DNA of 63,982 bases, counting the filler, from Octopus bimaculoides (lineage: Eukaryota): the NCBI RefSeq assembly GCF_001194135.2. It is 6 parts of 6 records of this genome, joined end to end, with 100 filler letters (N's around TTAATTAATTAA, not from the genome) between each part and the next. Parts side by side here need not be neighbours in the genome. Positions count along the whole stretch, not along the records: positions 62,983 to 63,982 come from NW_026307745.1; 5 more parts are not named here. One strand, written 5' to 3'. Shown in pieces: positions 63,726 through 63,982 of the stretch; the stretch's first letter is position 1; each line of letters begins with the position of its first letter. The translations under genes were made by a program, and so were the position numbers. The notes beneath the pieces were generated by a model that was given only the letters and a program-made list of their open reading frames with translations, had not been told where the DNA came from and searched no databases.

Positions 63726-63982
63726 ACTGAAGTAGCCTCTATATAGCCACTTGATCTTCTAGAAATAGCTGCCAAATTTCCTTTCATCTTTACCTCACCT
63801 TCATGATGATGATGATGATGATGTCATGTTTGGATTTCTAGCAGAACATAGGTTCTTCACAGCAGTCTTCCAGTGTTCTGTCCTGTATTTTTCTTTCACT
63901 TTGTTCCATGTCATTCATTTTATCCTCAATCCTTTTTCTGCCTGTCTTCACCAGGTTATCTTTGGGTGGCGTCCTGCTTTCT

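Overview
Eukaryotic, AT-rich, repeat-dominated draft-assembly window with 17 N-gaps. The SINE families, mariner elements and very heavy microsatellite load point to an octopus genome; this is inferred from memory of these repeats, not from a database search. I can support one host-gene coding segment: a 1551-bp terminal exon (42133-43683, +) encoding a Ser/Thr/Pro-rich adaptor-like region that ends in a GAREM-type SAM domain (GWRPK). Almost everything else is transposon-derived: R4/Dong-type and RTE LINEs, Penelope relics, Tc1/mariner elements (DD37D, DD34D, rosa-like), MITEs and several tRNA-type SINE families. Most ORFs in the supplied track are microsatellite or N-gap artefacts. There is no CRISPR array, rRNA or credible tRNA gene. 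The most notable hidden signal is a roughly 20-kb CpG-depleted domain (about 39.6-59.6 kb), visible by comparing sibling repeats inside and outside it, which suggests germline gene-body methylation extending far beyond the visible exon. Other highlights are a fold-back mariner, several nested insertions with clean target-site duplications, a perfect 45-bp palindrome and a CTCF-like site. I found no convincing wholly new biological system. Five gaps carry an artificial TTAATTAATTAA linker, so contiguity across them is uncertain.
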